This document shows positions 1-8,291 of a stretch of 64,000 nucleotides of DNA, piece by piece. The stretch's first letter is position 1; every line of letters begins with the position of its first letter. The DNA comes from an uncultured Actinomycetota bacterium (lineage in GTDB: Bacteria > Actinomycetota > Acidimicrobiia > Acidimicrobiales > Palsa-688). Position numbers and translations under genes: made by a program. The stretch is taken from the NCBI GenBank assembly GCA_963791545.1, contig CAWBSR010000004.1, positions 41,707 to 105,706 of the forward strand, written 5' to 3'. The notes beneath the pieces were generated by a model. That model saw nothing but the letters and a program-made list of their open reading frames with translations. It did no database searches and was not told the DNA's origin.

Positions 1-531
1 CTGACGGTGTTCGAGAACGTGCTGGCGGGGATGCACGTGCACCGCCGCAGCGACGGTTGGGCCCACCTGGTCCCCAGCCGGCGGCCCCGGGCCCCCGATG
101 AGGCGCGCCAGGAGGAGGCGTTCCGGCTCCTGACCCAGGTGGGGCTCGATCCGTCGCGGGTAGCCGACCGGCAATCGGCGACGCTGTCCTACGGCGATCA
201 GCGGCGCCTCGAGATCGCCCGGGCGCTGGCGCTGCGCCCCCGGCTGCTGCTACTGGACGAGCCCGCGGCGGGCCTCAATCCCAGCGAGAAGGCCCAGCTC
301 GGGGAACTGCTGGGCCGGCTGCGGGCCGAGGGCCTGACGGTCGTGTTGATCGACCACGACATCAAGCTGGTGCTCGGGGTATGTGACGACGTGACCGTGC
401 TGAACTTCGGGCGGCGCATCGCGGCGGGGCCGCCTACCACCGTTGCCGCCGACGAGGCGGTGGTGACGGCGTACCTCGGAGTGGGAGCCCACGCCGATGC
501 CCTTCCCACGGAGGACGCCGCGGCTCGGGAC
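1..531 (+). CDS. livG: ABC transporter ATP-binding protein, LivG-like (5' end outside window; no stop codon before the next ATPase domain)
   Basis: Frame-1 translation from nt 1 shows LSYGDQRRLEIARALALRPRLLLLDEPAAGLNP (ABC signature + Walker B), VLIDHDIKLV (H-loop) and a typical C-terminal VVTAYLG. It is part of ORF 7..1572. Confidence 0.8.
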
Positions 532-533
532 GG

Positions 534-583
534 GGGGTGCGCTGACAAATCCGTGCGTACACCCGGATTTGTCAGCGCACCCC
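534..583. repeat. Perfect 20-bp inverted repeat (GGGGTGCGCTGACAAATCCG / CGGATTTGTCAGCGCACCCC) with a 10-nt loop
   Basis: Arms 534-553 and 564-583 are exact reverse complements. The core is AT-richer than its surroundings. It sits exactly at the LivG/LivF domain junction. Confidence 0.95.
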
Positions 584-591
584 TGCTCGTC

Positions 592-1289
592 GTGGAGCAG
601 CTGGCGGTGAGTTACGGGGCGGTCGAGGCGGTGACCGACGTCAGCCTGGCGGTGGCCGAGGGCGAGATCGTCGCCCTGATCGGGGCCAACGGCGCAGGGA
701 AGTCGACGGTCCTCAACACCCTGTCGGGCCTCCTGCGGCCCCGGCGCGGTGAGGCCCGGCTGGGATCGCTGGACCTGACCTCGGCCCGGCCCCGGGCCAT
801 CGTGCGGGCGGGCCTGATCCAGGTACCCGAGGGCCGGGAGATCCTGACCCGGCTAACGGTGGAGGAGAACCTCCAACTCGGCGGATGGGCCCGTCGGGAC
901 CGGGAGGCGGCGGCAGCCGCGGTCGAGGAGATGATGGAGCGATTCCCCATCCTGCGCCAGCGGCGCCGCTTGGCCGCCGGGCAGCTCTCGGGGGGGAACA
1001 ACAGCAGCTGGCCATCGCCCGAGCCCTCATCGCCGGGCCCCGCCTGCTACTGCTCGACGAGCCCTCCCTCGGGTTGGCGCCGCAGTTGGTCGAGGAGGTG
1101 TTCGCCCTCATCTCGTCCATCCGCGACGATGGCATCACCGTCCTGCTGGTCGAGCAGAACGCCCGGCGGGCCCTCGAGCTGGCCGACCGGGCCTATGTCA
1201 TCGAGACCGGCCGGGTCGTGCTCTCCGGCACCGGGAGGGAGCTCCGCGACCACCCCCTGGTCCGCCGCGCCTACCTGGGAACCGCCTGA
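592..1289 (+). pseudogene. livF: LivF-like ABC transporter ATP-binding protein, interrupted by a -1 frameshift (or sequencing indel) in a G7 run
   Basis: Frame 1 gives VEQLAVSYG...GEIVALIGANGAGKSTVLNTLSG (Walker A) up to ...AGQLSGG. The continuation GEQQQLAIARALIAGPRLLLLDEPSLGLAP...LLVEQNARRAL...RRAYLGTA is only in the frame of ORF 885..1289. The switch is at the G run 990-996. The start (GTG 592) is uncertain. Confidence 0.75.
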
Positions 1290-2102
1290 CTCCCCGGGAT
1301 TCTCGGCGTCGAGGAAGCGACGGAACCGGGTGGGGCGCACCAGCTCCGCCAACGCCGCGAAATTGGTGATGGCCTGGTCCTGCCGGCTGGGGGTGAAGCG
1401 GACGTGTTCCGATTTGGTCGGGGCGGGGGCGAGTCCCAGCCGGGCGCAGATCCGGTCCGCCGTGGCCTGCTGGGCGGCGGGGTCGGCCAGGTCCTGTTCG
1501 TACCTCAAGGTGACATGCGGCAGGCCGGCCAGCATGGTGGCCAGGTACTGGTCGCTCTCCTCGAAGAGATAGGTCATCATCAGGACCTCGACCGGGTCGA
1601 TGTCCAAGGGCCGGAACTCGGCGCCGTCCTGGCGGCGCACGTGCCATTGAGTCCTGGCCGCGATGGTCGAAGAGATCGCCTGGGCCAGGTAGTTGTCCCG
1701 GCGGAGGAAGACCAGGTGGACGCCTGCCGCCGACAGCTGGCTCAGGTACCGGGTTCGTTCCCGCAGCACCTGGTACCCGAAATGCCCGCAGTGGATCTTG
1801 AAGCCGTAGGCCTTTGCCCCCCGGAGTCCCGCTTTGGCGGCCCTCCCCTCAATGAAGCGCTCCGGCAGGACCAGCCGGTCCCGCAGGATCTCGGCGTCGC
1901 AGATGATCTCGGGGTGCGAGCTCAGGAGGTCGGTCAACAGTTCGCTACCGGCCCGCCCCGGCGTCACGATGACGAAGCGGGCCCCCGGTTGTAGGCGCCG
2001 GCCCACCGCGCCGAGGGCGTACATCCGCAACGAGTGCGTGCGGAGCCATCCCGCCCGCGAGGCCAGGGGGTTGCGGGCACGTACCCATTCCACGGCGTGC
2101 AC
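1047..2102 (-). CDS. Stf0-like sulfotransferase family protein; the ORF runs about 85 codons past the end of the recognisable domain
   Basis: FVIVTPGRAGSELLTDLLSSHPEI (PAPS-binding-loop-like), YGFKIH, VFLRRDNYLAQAISSTIA. The start is probably Met27 (nt 2024). The tail after ...RFRRFLD is antisense to livF. Confidence 0.6.
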   Translation of the reverse strand: MHAVEWVRARNPLASRAGWLRTHSLRMYALGAVGRRLQPGARFVIVTPGRAGSELLTDLLSSHPEIICDAEILRDRLVLPERFIEGRAAKAGLRGAKAYGFKIHCGHFGYQVLRERTRYLSQLSAAGVHLVFLRRDNYLAQAISSTIAARTQWHVRRQDGAEFRPLDIDPVEVLMMTYLFEESDQYLATMLAGLPHVTLRYEQDLADPAAQQATADRICARLGLAPAPTKSEHVRFTPSRQDQAITNFAALAELVRPTRFRRFLDAENPGESGGSQVGAADQGVVAELPPGAGEHDPAGLDDIGPVGQLEGPPGVLLDQQDGDAIVADGRDEGEHLLDQLRRQPEGGLVEQ

Positions 2103-2115
2103 CGCCGAAAAGTAC

Positions 2116-2847
2116 CTAACTCCAGCGGGGCAGGTTTACCGCCCCGGCCGGGCCGGGCCGGCTGGGGAGCTCGGGCGCCGCCGCGACAGCCTTGGCCGAT
2201 CCGGGGGGCAGCGCCGGGTGCTCCACCAGTTCGTCCAGCCGGACCAAGGCGCGGTCAAGCTGGACGACGCTCTGGCGGAGCTTCCTGGTGAGCCGGGCGA
2301 TACCGTCGGCCAACTCCGAGCCGCCCCCGGCGGAGGCGGCCAGCGCCGTCACCTGTTCGTCGATGCGCAGGGCCAGGCGTTGCATCTCCTGCTCGATCGA
2401 GGTGCCGATGCGCTCGGCGGCCTGGGTCCGCCGGTCGCTGACCTCCATGCGCTCGTCGATCGACTGGAGGGCGCCGGTCGAGCGGCGTAACTGATCACCG
2501 ATGCGGTCCATCTGCACCTGCAGTTTCTCGATGGCGGCCATGATCCCCTGCCCTTCGAGACCGCCGGTCAGCTCCCCGGGGCGGCGCCGTAGCATCACCT
2601 CGGACAGCAAGGCGGTGACATCGGCCGTCACCGCTTCCGCCACTTCTCCCGGACGAGGGATCAGGGGCAGGAGGGCGTCGATCAACTCGCGGGGGTCGCT
2701 GCGCCCCAGCGACTCGCCCAGCCGGGCCGACAGCCGGCGGGCCAGCGGCTCGACGAGGTTGCGGTCGCCGGTCATGGCCCGGGCGATGAGCTCCTCGACG
2801 TCTCGGAGGTCGGGCTTGACTTTCAAGTGGGACAGGCTCTCCTGCAT
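2116..2847 (-). CDS. Coiled-coil domain ORF; either an independent gene starting at ATG 2847 or the frameshifted 3' part of the 2823..4121 gene
   Basis: The coding-looking translation begins around GGFGGGAEIAAVIAAMQESLSHLKVKPDLRDVEELIARAM and continues as heptad-like IEKLQVQMDRIGDQLRRSTGALQSIDERMEV...LDRALVRLDELVEH. The upstream part of ORF 2116..3252 is Pro/Ala/Gly off-frame-like. Confidence 0.5.
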   Translation of the reverse strand: MQESLSHLKVKPDLRDVEELIARAMTGDRNLVEPLARRLSARLGESLGRSDPRELIDALLPLIPRPGEVAEAVTADVTALLSEVMLRRRPGELTGGLEGQGIMAAIEKLQVQMDRIGDQLRRSTGALQSIDERMEVSDRRTQAAERIGTSIEQEMQRLALRIDEQVTALAASAGGGSELADGIARLTRKLRQSVVQLDRALVRLDELVEHPALPPGSAKAVAAAPELPSRPGPAGAVNLPRWS

Positions 2848-4121
2848 GGCGGCGATGACGGCGGCGATTTCGGCGCCTCCACCAAAACCCCCTGGGCGGG
2901 CGGCGGGGCCGGTGACGTGGGCGGGGGCGGTGCCGGAGCAAGCGGAGGCGGGGCCGGGGCAGGCGGAGGCGGGGCCGGGGGCGGCGGAGGCGGAGGCGGG
3001 GGCGGGGGCGGCGGAGGCGGGGCGGGGGCGGCAACCCGGTCTTGGGGCCCCGGACCCGGGCGAGGGGAGGTGCCGGCGGCGCCTGTGGCGACTCCGGTGG
3101 GGGCCGTGGCTGCGGCGGCCGGGGCGGCCGGGGCTGCTTCCCGCCGTCGTGGCGATTCCGGTCCGTCGTCCGAGACCGGACCGGTCGCCTCCGGCCCAGG
3201 GCTCCGACCGAGGTCCGCCTTGCCGTCGCCGGAGCGGACACCCCGGGCCCACCCGGTCGGGGGCCCGCCACCCTCGTCCGCCTCCTCGGAGCCGGAGTCG
3301 GAGTCGGAGTCGGAGTCGGAGTCGGAGTCGGAACGGGAATCGGAGGCGTCAAAATCGTCGGCGTCGTCGGAGTCGTCCAGTTGCGGCACCCACCAGCCCC
3401 GAAGCGGCGTCGGGGGGTGGGGCGGGTCCGAGAATGCGGCTGCGGCTGCGGCTGCGGCTGCGGTTGCGGCCTCCCACGGCCGTCCCGGCGTCTCCCACCC
3501 GTCGCCGGCGCCCGGCAGCGGCACCGGGGACCCCGGTCCGAGCTCGTCTGGCTGGCCCCGCCGCCACAGCGATTCCTGGAAATTGTCGTCCGTGTCCGCC
3601 AGCGGTGGCGGGTGCTCTTCGGCCACCCAGGACCGCCAGTCGGCCAGGGTGACGGCCCACGCCCGGCGGGCGAGGGCACACTCCTCGGGATCTCCCATGA
3701 GCGTCTCGCCACCGGCGAAGCGGAACTCGAAGTCGCCGGTCGAATCGCGCACCAGCACGCAGCGCTCCAGGCCCGAGCGACTCTGGCTCACGACCTCGAT
3801 GCCGTCGTCGCTGTCGCGCGCCGCCCGCAGGGCGATTTTCAGCGCCGCCGCGGCCGCCAGGCCCGATCGGACCTCAGTCGGCTCCAGGTTCCCCGGGCGG
3901 TACGCCCGTACCTCGAAGCTGGCAACCTCACCCGGTATCGGCACCAGGTACGGGGTGACCAGCCGGTCGCCGCCCTCGATGGCGCCGACCACCAGCAGCC
4001 GGGCCAGGATGCGCCCCGCAGTGGGACTGGAAGCGGCCCCCGGAGCCGTCAGGGCGCACCGCAACAGGAACTCGAGGAACAGATCCTGGTCGCCCGTCTC
4101 CTTCAGCAGTCGGTTCACCAT
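2823..4121 (-). CDS. Hypothetical protein: globular N-terminal domain followed by a long acidic/SD-repeat, poly-Ala and poly-Pro low-complexity region
   Basis: ORF 2823..4121 gives MVNRLLKETGDQDLFLEFLLRCALT...DSTGDFEFRFAGGETLMGDPEECALARRAWAV, then DSDSDSDSDSDS, AAAAAAAAA and PPPPPPPPPPPPPPP. I recognise no family. Confidence 0.6.
   Translation of the reverse strand: MVNRLLKETGDQDLFLEFLLRCALTAPGAASSPTAGRILARLLVVGAIEGGDRLVTPYLVPIPGEVASFEVRAYRPGNLEPTEVRSGLAAAAALKIALRAARDSDDGIEVVSQSRSGLERCVLVRDSTGDFEFRFAGGETLMGDPEECALARRAWAVTLADWRSWVAEEHPPPLADTDDNFQESLWRRGQPDELGPGSPVPLPGAGDGWETPGRPWEAATAAAAAAAAAFSDPPHPPTPLRGWWVPQLDDSDDADDFDASDSRSDSDSDSDSDSDSGSEEADEGGGPPTGWARGVRSGDGKADLGRSPGPEATGPVSDDGPESPRRREAAPAAPAAAATAPTGVATGAAGTSPRPGPGPQDRVAAPAPPPPPPPPPPPPPPPAPPPPAPAPPPLAPAPPPPTSPAPPPAQGVLVEAPKSPPSSPPCRRACPT
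2921..3033. repeat. GC-only degenerate GGCGGR/GGGGCC tandem repeat tract (encodes the poly-Pro run on the minus strand)
   Basis: GCGGAGGCGGGGCCGGGG occurs twice (2942-2959 and 2963-2980), followed by GGCGGAGGCGGAGGCGGGGGCGGGGGCGGCGGAGGCGGGG. Confidence 0.85.
3289..3348. repeat. Hexanucleotide microsatellite (GAGTCG), 6 perfect copies plus degenerate flanking units; encodes the (Asp-Ser)n run on the minus strand
   Basis: 3295-3330 is GAGTCG x6, preceded by GAGCCG and followed by GAACGG GAATCG GAGGCG. Confidence 0.95.
3436..3471. repeat. Hexanucleotide repeat (GCGGCT), 4 perfect plus 2 variant copies; encodes the poly-Ala run on the minus strand
   Basis: 3436-3459 is GCGGCT x4, followed by GCGGTT and GCGGCC. 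Confidence 0.9.
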
Positions 4122-4170
4122 AGGTGGCTACCAGTTTGTGCCCTGCGGGCGGCCTCCCGACACCGCATCC

Positions 4171-5169
4171 TCACTGCATCCGCAGTGTGATGATCTTGGC
4201 GTTGTCGGCGATGTCGGTCTCGCCTGCTGCGGTGTCGATCCGGGCCGTCAGCGTGGTCGGCTGGCCGGCCACCACCCGAAGCCCGCCCAGGGTCACGGTG
4301 CGGGTCTGACCGGGAGCCAGATCGACGAAGTCCCGGACCATCTGGGTGGGCCCGAACAGGGCAGGGGCAATCGTGGCCGACACCGTCAGGTTCTTCTCGG
4401 GCTGGTTGCCGGTGTTGGCGACCACGATCTGGAGGCTCAGCGCCTTGGCGACGGGAAGGACCTGCACCCCGTTCTGCACGTTGACCGGCTGGGGGTTGGT
4501 CGTGACCAGGACCACCCGCACGTCGTTGACCGGGGTCACGCTGTGCGCCGATCGCAGGCTGGCGACGAAGACCGACAGGGTGTCGGCGCTGTAGGCGGCG
4601 GCATTGGTGACCCACCGGGAGTCGGGGAGCGGAGGATTCATCGTCCCCATGGCCTGTTGGAACAAGCTGTAGGCCCGGTCGGCCGCCTGGAAGTCGAGGC
4701 CCACGCTGGTCAGCGCCTGGATGCCGGCGTCCTGGGTGGGGCCATTCAGCGCCACCCCGACTGCCTGGCTCAGGGCCTTGGTCCCGGTGTAGCGGATGTC
4801 CAGGGCGGCGACCAGGAGGGCGTGGACGGTCCTCATCTGGCTGGGCGGGTTGAGCTTCTGGATCGCCGTCAGGGTCTGCTGGGCCTGGGCGGCGACACCG
4901 TTGATGTGGTTCACGATGGTGGCCGGGGACAGGCCCAACGCCTGGGTGCGGACCGCGTTCAGGTCCAGTCCTTCCTGGCTCGACTGCTGGATGGCCGGGA
5001 GGGCCTGGTCCAGGTAGGACTGCTGGGCCTGCTGGCGGGCCGGGGCCGGGGAACGGGTCGACATGGCGGCATTGATCGCGATGACCAGCAGGGTGGCCAG
5101 CAGCCCGAAAAACAACCAGGGCCGGCCCCGACGGCGAGTCGTGCGTGTCGGGCGGCTTCCCAATGCCAT
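4171..5169 (-). CDS. Membrane-anchored protein with a C-terminal CARDB-like domain
   Basis: N-terminal RRRGRPWLFFGLLATLLVIAINAAM (signal anchor). The C-terminus LSLQIVVANTGNQPEKNLTVSATI...LAPGQTRTVTL...ARIDTAAGETDIADNAKIITL resembles CARDB. Confidence 0.6.
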   Translation of the reverse strand: MALGSRPTRTTRRRGRPWLFFGLLATLLVIAINAAMSTRSPAPARQQAQQSYLDQALPAIQQSSQEGLDLNAVRTQALGLSPATIVNHINGVAAQAQQTLTAIQKLNPPSQMRTVHALLVAALDIRYTGTKALSQAVGVALNGPTQDAGIQALTSVGLDFQAADRAYSLFQQAMGTMNPPLPDSRWVTNAAAYSADTLSVFVASLRSAHSVTPVNDVRVVLVTTNPQPVNVQNGVQVLPVAKALSLQIVVANTGNQPEKNLTVSATIAPALFGPTQMVRDFVDLAPGQTRTVTLGGLRVVAGQPTTLTARIDTAAGETDIADNAKIITLRMQ

Positions 5170-5268
5170 CTCCGCGAAACCCTAGTGCCGGGCTGGGCCG
5201 CAAGCGGGCCGGCCAGCCCCGGCTGGGTGGGCTGGACCGGACGCCCCTGATCGGCGACTATCTGGGGC

Positions 5269-5622
5269 ATGTTCCTGTCGCGTGGCGCTCGTTTCCTTGT
5301 TCCTGGCGCGGTGGTCATGGCGCTCCTGACGATTTCATGTGGTGGTAAGGGCAGCTCCGGCCCGAGCCAGGCGACGGTCGAGCGCGTCACCGCGGCCGGC
5401 GTGACGTCGGTGCTGAAGGCCCACAACGAGACGCTTAAGGGAGCCATCACCTGCGTAGGCGTGGCCCCGGGAATCATCGACTGCCACGGGACGACCACCA
5501 ACGGCGACGAGGTCCAGGCCACCCTGGACGCCACCACCGCAGGCCAGACCTGCCAGGGTCCCCTCGTGGTCAACGTGAAAGGCGTCAAGCTGGACGCCGT
5601 GGCCGACGAAAAATGCGCCTGA
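5269..5622 (+). CDS. Small lipoprotein, hypothetical
   Basis: MFLSRGARFLVPGAVVMALLTISCGG carries a lipobox (LTISC). The protein is 117 aa with 4 further Cys. Confidence 0.55.
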   Translation: MFLSRGARFLVPGAVVMALLTISCGGKGSSGPSQATVERVTAAGVTSVLKAHNETLKGAITCVGVAPGIIDCHGTTTNGDEVQATLDATTAGQTCQGPLVVNVKGVKLDAVADEKCA

Positions 5623-5803
5623 GCACCTTCTGAGTGCAGGAGGCGCCACGGTGCACAGCAAGGCGATAGGGGCGCGAGGAGCGGGAACCGGCCAGGTTGC
5701 CCGGGAAGGAGGCTCAGTTGTGGGCATCATTGTCCCTATGCGATTTGGGGACGGGAAGAGGCGGGCTACGGCGCGCACTCGAGCGACGGGTCGGACGGGA
5801 GCC

Positions 5804-6349
5804 ATGCGGGGCGGCCGGCTGGCGCGGGCCGGCGTGTCCGGCGCGTTGTTGCTGGCCGCCTGCAGCCATTCCGTGGCCACGGTTCCGCCGACGACGGTCG
5901 CCAGCACTACCACCACCTCGACCACGGTGGCTGTTGTCAGCAACCTCACGATCGACGGAGTGCGCCCCGCGGTGCTGCAGGCGCCCTTCTACCCCCAGGT
6001 CAAGGTGACCCAGGTGACCTGCGGGGCGGCACCCAAGGGGGGGCGGTTCGTGCGCATCGACCTTCCGGCCGGGGCCGCGGGGACGACGGGCAAATCCGTG
6101 CTCACCAAGCCCACCGCGGTGATCGTCGTCCCTGGTGCCGCGGTCCTGGTTGACCCCCGCTTCATCAACCGGGCCTTGTACGCGGAGGCCATGAAGAGCA
6201 TCGCGGTTTCCACCCAGGGCAGCTTCGTACTCAACATGGTGAATCTGGCGAAACTGGGCGGCGACGGATTGTCGGTGCAGGTCGGAAGTGTCCGCGTCGT
6301 CGGCGGCTACCAGTGCCCGGCGACCGACGTGGCCTACCCGGGCACCTGA
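5804..6349 (+). CDS. Lipoprotein, hypothetical
   Basis: MRGGRLARAGVSGALLLAACSH carries a lipobox, followed by a Thr-rich linker. The start was chosen inside ORF 5651..6349. Confidence 0.55.
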   Translation: MRGGRLARAGVSGALLLAACSHSVATVPPTTVASTTTTSTTVAVVSNLTIDGVRPAVLQAPFYPQVKVTQVTCGAAPKGGRFVRIDLPAGAAGTTGKSVLTKPTAVIVVPGAAVLVDPRFINRALYAEAMKSIAVSTQGSFVLNMVNLAKLGGDGLSVQVGSVRVVGGYQCPATDVAYPGT

Positions 6350-7174
6350 TCAGCCGCCCGTCTTGGAGAAGTGCTGATAGTCAGGGGCACTCCAACGGCC
6401 CCCCCATTGCCAGCCCACCGAGGCGAAGGCGGCCACCAGCGCCCCGCCGGGGACGGCCATGCCGGGACGGACCTTGGTCCGGTCGACGAACGCGGCGCCG
6501 GCCGGCGGCATCACGGTGCGGCCCAGCACATAGGGGTTTTCGATCGTGTTCACGTCGATCGCCTCACCGTAGGAGTGCACCGACAACCCTGACCCGCCGA
6601 CCGCGTTGCGGCAGTTGAAACCCGACGTGTTATCGGCGTCCATGGACGCCGGATCGCTGCCTTTGTAGGCGTCCACCGGTTGCATCTGGCGGATCGGAAA
6701 ATGCCCGGCGAACAGGCGGGAAAAGATCATCTGTACGTCGCTCGTCACTGCGGCATTGACGATAATGGTGCCTACGTGAGCCTGGTTGTCGAAGCCCCAA
6801 AAGCTCAGGTGCAGGAGGCGCAGCTGGCTGGGGCCGACCGGGCAACCCGGGTGGTAACTAAAGGCGATATCGGCGGCGGTCACGGGCCCTGCCGTTGCCA
6901 CGAATGAATCCGATAAGACCGTCGTGCTGGTGCTGGTGCTGATGCTGGTGCTAGTGCTCGCGGCGGTGGTCGTGGTCGGTGCCGGCCCCGCCGAGGGGGG
7001 CGCGGGCGGGGCGGTGATCACCGGTTGTGACCCGATGGTCACGCGGGGACCGGTACTCGACGGCGCCGTGGCCTGGGCCGAGGTAGGGGTCGACCGGCTG
7101 CACGCGGCGACAACGACGCTGAGGGCGGCCAAGGCCCAGCCAGCACGGTGGAGGAGTCGCCGGGACGGCCGCAT
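6350..7174 (-). CDS. Peptidase M15 family (VanY / D-Ala-D-Ala carboxypeptidase-like) lipoprotein
   Basis: MRPSRRLLHRAGWALAALSVVVAACS carries a lipobox. Zn-ligand motifs are SVHSYGEAIDVN (SxHxxGxAxD) and DYQHF. Confidence 0.75.
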   Translation of the reverse strand: MRPSRRLLHRAGWALAALSVVVAACSRSTPTSAQATAPSSTGPRVTIGSQPVITAPPAPPSAGPAPTTTTAASTSTSISTSTSTTVLSDSFVATAGPVTAADIAFSYHPGCPVGPSQLRLLHLSFWGFDNQAHVGTIIVNAAVTSDVQMIFSRLFAGHFPIRQMQPVDAYKGSDPASMDADNTSGFNCRNAVGGSGLSVHSYGEAIDVNTIENPYVLGRTVMPPAGAAFVDRTKVRPGMAVPGGALVAAFASVGWQWGGRWSAPDYQHFSKTGG

Positions 7175-7198
7175 CCCCTCACGATAAGGTCGCTGCGA

Positions 7199-8119
7199 AT
7201 GCCGAAGGGTCGAAATCGTCGGTTTCGGATGATCGCCGGGGTCGGCGCCCTCCTTTTGGCCGGCTGCGGGGCCGCCGGTCACGGTCCGGTGGAGTCGGCG
7301 AGAACGACGGCCTCCGCGCTGACGACGACTCCGATTACCACCGCCCCTCGGACCACGCCCACCACCGGGGCCTCATCGACGGCCACCGGGGCCTCGACCA
7401 CGGCCACCGCGGTGACGACCACCAAACCACCACCCACCCCGACAACGGCAACGCCCAAGGCACCCAGGTCACCCCGGGCGACGACGACCGGCTGCCCCGC
7501 GACGCTGGCCGGCCAGCTGGCCACCACCGGCGGCGGCTCCCAGCTGATCACGGTGGTCGCCAGTTCGACCGCGTCCACCTCGGCCACGGTGACCATCTGG
7601 CAAAAGACGGGCAGCTGCTGGAGTCAGGCCGGCGGCCCCTGGACTGGTCGGGTCGGGTACCACGGGCTCTCCATTCACCACCGCGAAGGCGACGGGACGA
7701 CGCCAATGGGCCTGTTCGCGGTCAGTTCCGCGTTTTACGGCATCGCCGCCAATCCCGGGGTGCACGGCTCCTACCACCAGTTGGTTTGCGGCGACTGGTG
7801 GGACGAGGACCCGGCGTCGGCCCAGTACAACACTTTCCAGCACGTCGCCTGCGACGCCACCCCCCTATTTGGCGCGGCCAGCGAGATGCTGTGGCAGCAG
7901 GAAGTCGCCTACCAGAACTTCGCCGTGGTCCAGTACAACACCGGCCCGGTCGTATCGGGCGCCGGTTCCGCCATCTTCGTACATGACGACACCGGGCGCG
8001 CAACCAATGGCTGCATAAGCCTGCCCCGTTCTGCGCTCATAACAGTCCTGCGCTGGCTGCAGCCGGGGCTGTCACCACACATCGCCATCGGCACTGAGAC
8101 TACGATTAACCAGACGTGA
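7199..8119 (+). CDS. L,D-transpeptidase (YkuD) family lipoprotein
   Basis: MPKGRNRRFRMIAGVGALLLAGCG carries a lipobox, followed by a Thr/Pro linker. The catalytic-type motif is SAIFVHDDTGRATNGCISL (H...GC). Confidence 0.7.
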   Translation: MPKGRNRRFRMIAGVGALLLAGCGAAGHGPVESARTTASALTTTPITTAPRTTPTTGASSTATGASTTATAVTTTKPPPTPTTATPKAPRSPRATTTGCPATLAGQLATTGGGSQLITVVASSTASTSATVTIWQKTGSCWSQAGGPWTGRVGYHGLSIHHREGDGTTPMGLFAVSSAFYGIAANPGVHGSYHQLVCGDWWDEDPASAQYNTFQHVACDATPLFGAASEMLWQQEVAYQNFAVVQYNTGPVVSGAGSAIFVHDDTGRATNGCISLPRSALITVLRWLQPGLSPHIAIGTETTINQT

Positions 8120-8291
8120 ATATCGGAACACCTGGAACACAAGTGGTTGGGTTACCGCTGAATGGGGGGCGCTGCGCTGACTGCAGCCACCAGTGCCCCT
8201 CCGTCGACCACCACGCCGGCCGCCCTCTCCCTGACCAGGGCCGGCGTGCACGGCCTCGTTCATCATCGGTTCACACAGCGGTGACAGGCGC

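Noticed and set aside
3289-3471. Short tandem repeats as a possible CRISPR array
   Set aside because: The units are 6 nt with no spacers, and they lie inside a reading frame encoding (Asp-Ser)n and poly-Ala. They are coding microsatellites, not CRISPR repeats. No CRISPR-like repeat-spacer pattern was seen anywhere in the window.
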